Shown piece after piece: positions 59,763-64,000 of a stretch of DNA of 64,000 nt. Positions within the stretch are counted from its first letter, which is position 1. Each line of letters begins with the position of its first letter. The translations under genes were made by a program, and so were the position numbers. The stretch comes from Octopus bimaculoides (Eukaryota): the NCBI RefSeq assembly GCF_001194135.2, contig NC_068982.1, positions 36,089,566 to 36,153,565 on the forward strand. The letters are read 5' to 3'. The notes under the pieces are model-generated. The model did not search any database, was not told where the DNA came from, and saw nothing but the letters and a program-made list of their open reading frames with translations.

Positions 59763-62700
59763 TTAATGATTTAATGTTATCTGTTACTTGGATTTATGAT
59801 GGACTGTAAGGATTTCCTCCTGTCAACTCCTTTGTATGATAAATCTCTTCATCTTTGCATTCACCATTAAATTTTCATTATGAGAAAATTTATTTGCAGT
59901 TGTTGCTATTGATAACAGGCCAATGTTATAAGTTTCATGGCAGATTCCTTACTGTTTTGTGTAGTAAGGTGTAGGTTGAACATCCATTAGTTCAACTTTT
60001 GCAAAAGAATCACATTTGCTTGACAAGCTATAACAGCAAAATAAAATCCCAAACTTTTTTTATTGAGGAAGTCTATTAAAGCTTTTCTGCTTAATGAGTT
60101 TCTTTAGAATGATGTATTTTGTTAGACTGGGAATGATTGAATATGATTGAATGCACATCTTCCAGTAATGTTTTATGCTTAAGTTTTTTTTTAATTTCAT
60201 AATCAAGTTTAATGTTCCCTTAGTGTATTATTTAATTGTTCAACCTGATTACTTCTTATTTAAGGGTAAGGTGATGGTGGCATCTGAAAAATTGAATTAT
60301 TTTTTAATTATCAAATTGTAAGATTACACAGGAGTTCCATGAAAAAAGAGAGAGAATAGTGAAGAAAGTCATAACTATTGTTGCGCTCAAATCTTTACAA
60401 AGGAAAACAAATGGATGTTTTGAAAAAGAAAAAAGTTCAGTAATAACAACAAATAGTTATTTGTTTTGAGGTATTAGATGGCAAATGACCTTTTAAATAA
60501 ATGCTAACTTAACACATTGTGTAGCTTTTATCAAAGAATTGTATGATGAGAGAAGCATGATTTTAAAAGAGCACAAATATAATACTTTGTACAGGTTTGT
60601 TTGACATCATAGTCATGTAAATAAGGAAGGATTTTGAAGAAATAAAACACAGCTTTCTCCAAAAAGTCCAAACAATTAGTAATTTATCTAATGACATGAG
60701 TTGATTAGACATCAACTCAACTAGTAGGAGCATATTTAGCTTGACACTTTAAACAATAGTATATTTATTATCATGATCATTATCATCTCAGTATCTTATC
60801 AGTTTGTGAAAAATATATGAAATGACCTGTTTATCTGTATGCAGTAGGTAATGTCCAAGTAAGACATTTTTTCACCTTTGAAAATAAAATTGACTTTAGC
60901 AAAGGTTTCTTTCCTTGTGTTTGAAAAATTACATTCATTAGTTGTTGGTGTTTTTAAGAAAAAGGTGACAGGTAATTTTTCGATGTAAAAATATTCATGA
61001 GATAGTTTGAGAATCATCTGTTTCTACATGAAATGTTATTTCATCTCTAATAGATGTAAGTAAAATTTCATGTATTTTACTTTTTTGGCTCTGAATTGAA
61101 GAAATTTAGTATTCTCTGAAAATTGAGAAATCCACTTGGTGTAATAATTAAGTACTTCCAAAGAATGCTTTGTTGAATCAGAGAGTGAAATAATGATTTA
61201 AATCTTAGCATCAGTTGTATTGGGAGTTTTTACTACATTGTGATTTTCATCCAAAGTTTTCTTAAATAGCTATTGGGTAACTGCGTATTAATCTCACAAA
61301 AAAATTTGAAGCTATTTTTTTTTTATATATAATGGTATGACTTATAATTAAGAAGTTGGATGAATCTGCTGAGTATTCTGAAACATATGGCATACAGATC
61401 TTTATTGTTAAGATCTGAAATTAATTACAATGTTAATTACATTTTGATTCCTTATTATTATATTATAAATAGTTGAAAAAAATAGGTAAATTGATGGCTA
61501 TCTATTTGGAGTATACTATAACTGAATCATTGTACCGAGAAATTTTTTGATTTATTAAATATCAACCAAGTAACTCTTTTGTTGATATTTTCTATCGTGT
61601 TATTGTCATTTAAATTATAGGCAGCTTATAATAAAATGGAAGCACTTTGTTAAATGAAATAAATTTTTGAATAAGGATTGAACGTGCTTCCTTTTGTTTA
61701 ACTGTTTAGCTAAATTTTCTTTGTATTTTATAACTTTGATAGCATTCAGATATTTTCTGCCCTGTAATAATATATCTACTGATAATGATGACTGGTGTTG
61801 AACCTTATAAGAACCTTAAGGTGTTAAAAGGCTCTAATTTATGAGTTGTATAATTCACTAATGTCTTCTTGCAGCAACACTTTTTTTTTTAATTCTGTAA
61901 ATTATCATTGAAGGTGGATTTGTATATCAGATATGAAAACCTTATTTGTGTAGAAAATAAATGATATCTTACCTTAGAACCTTCAACAATATTGTGGTTA
62001 TATTAGCTTTTTTTTTTACGAGGATGATTCCATAACTGAAATGTTTTATTTTGACAGTCATTCTTAAATAGATTACATTTAAGATGGTGCCTTAAATGAT
62101 ATATTGCTTGCTGTTATACTAGGAAGCATTTCTGCCTTTATCAAAATCTATTCTTTATGCTATAATGTACACATGGCTGTACTGCTAGCCAGCCAACCTC
62201 TTTCTTTGCATGAATATCTGTTCCAACTTCAGCCTGTATTTTTTGTATCTTCCAGTTGATGCCTTTCATTTTCTACTTTAACATTCTATCGAAAAATGTT
62301 TCCATTTACTGGTAATGAGGTCACTTATGTTTGATTGTTGCAGTCAATCTAGCTTTGCACCAACTTTTGTTTTTTGCCTTTTAATTATTTTAAAAATTAC
62401 TCCTTTCTCCTTTAATGATATGAACTAAAACATTTAAATTAGTAGTTGAACAGACCAGTAACTTTCTTTAAAGATATTGTTTCAGAGTTGCTTTTGAAAT
62501 ACTCATGTAATTTTCAGAATTCTTGTACTTTAGGTTTTCTACAAATCTGTGCACATTTTTCATGTTTTTTTCTCTTGTGCTTGAGATATAAGGCTTCTTA
62601 AAAGTCTTAAGAAGGGACATGATATTACTTGAAATATCTTTTCTTGCATTTTGTGTATTCAATATTTTTTATTCTAAACTGAAGATACTTTTCAAGCCTT

Positions 62701-62930
62701 TTAGCTTTTAGTCCAGTATGAGCACTAACTTGTCAGGTTGGATGGGGTTGATGTTTGTAAATTATTTGCCTTTCATCGTTTGTTACTGCTCATGATGGTC
62801 ATTTGTTAAGTCAGAATGTCTATCACTATTTATTGTTTGTTTATAATTTTAAACTTTTATTTATGAAATACCATTTATGAAATTTATTTCATCTATTAAA
62901 AAAATGGTCTGTTGATTCTTTAATGATTAC

Positions 62931-63022
62931 CTATTGAGTGAACATAACTCTGGTTTTACCATCAATATAATGGCTTGCTTTCCATTCTTTACAAAAATTT
63001 CTCTCTCCCCACTGCAAGCAAT
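62931..63022 (-). other. Candidate 92 nt exon of an unidentified minus-strand gene
   Basis: Strong acceptor ttgttatgtctttcag| and donor AG|gtaatc. One fully open frame: IACSGEREIFVKNGKQAIILMVKPELCSLN. No homology recognised. Confidence 0.3.
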
Positions 63023-63539
63023 CTGAAAGACATAACAACTAAATGATGTGTTTGAAGACCCCTTTTTGTAAGCTTTAAAAGGAAATAATTCCATTTCTTT
63101 CAGTGTTTCACATAGACATTTTTAGCCTAACATTCAATAGAATACAAGAAAGAATTACAAAATTATATGTATGTATGTATAAACCAAGGCTGTGTTTTAG
63201 TTTAATTGTTTCTTATTAAAGATTTTTCTTATTTTCTTATTAGTCCTTCTTGTTTAGTTTGGAACAGTAATATTCCTAAATCCAGTATCATTTCAAGACT
63301 TTCTTTGACCTCATCTTCTCTGTTAAAAACTATTCCCGAAGTTACTTTCAGTAATATATCTTAAATAAATAAAACTGTAATGTACAACATTAAAATATTT
63401 TCAGCATTCAACATCGACATAAATCATAAATCCATGATAAAATAATTGGTTGATCTCATCACGCCATAATAAAATAGAGTAAATAAATGTTTAGGTACCA
63501 TATTTATTACATATCAAAAAAAGTAACAGGTTTTGAAGG

Positions 63540-63583
<44 letters not shown>

Positions 63584-64000
63584 AATGCTTGAAAGAGCAG
63601 TCTTTCACTTAACATGGCAATCAACTTCTTGAACTCATATGGATTAATTTTTGATGATGCAGACAACCTCCAGTACCTTTGGATTCTAGATTTGTATATT
63701 TTAGAGTGTTTTTTTATTTTTTATCTAAGACAATGCTGAAGACTTTGTGTAAGTCAGCCTAACAAGAATATCCAGACATGTGTCATTAGTGTGAAGTGAA
63801 ATGATTAAAATAGGAATCAAAAGCAGGTTGTGAACCCAGCCTCCAATCTATGGCTCATTTTAGAATATGCATGTACTGAATATGGCATACAAAATGTTCT
63901 TAATAGAAAAAAATTCTCTTGTAGCACCAGTATTCAAGATATTTAACACTTCTAATATGTACTATTTTTGGTTTTCATAATTTTCTACAGTATTTATTCA

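Noticed and set aside
62468-62662. 64 aa Lys-rich minus-strand ORF
   Set aside because: An in-frame stop lies just upstream, there are no usable splice sites, and no motif is recognisable.

Overview
AT-rich eukaryotic genomic DNA, most likely an octopus or other coleoid cephalopod (inferred from the SINE/RTE repeat families and intron style). I reconstructed two + strand multi-exon genes by hand from GT-AG sites and phase continuity. SWT1 (PIN-domain RNA endonuclease) has 21 coding exons over 846-32858, about 859 aa, and its start codon is unresolved. UBAC1/KPC2 (UBL-UBA-UBA-STI1) has 10 coding exons over 40708-56415, 419 aa. Introns and the intergenic gap are full of mobile elements: RTE-like LINEs and short derivatives, at least three tRNA-like SINE families, Helitrons, Merlin, mariner/Tc1, pogo, piggyBac and hAT MITEs, and a CR1 relic. 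The most unusual structure is a nested stack in SWT1 intron 4. An RTE LINE with a fold-back 5' end is interrupted by a 1.16 kb gag-only LTR element, which itself carries an RTE coding fragment in the opposite orientation. The last 7.6 kb is nearly repeat-free and may hold exons of a third, minus-strand gene. There are three N gaps (29395-29403, 36853-36951, 38438-38447), two with gap-flanking duplication artefacts. I found no prokaryote-type system, CRISPR array or real RNA gene, and no clearly new biological system beyond these element architectures.
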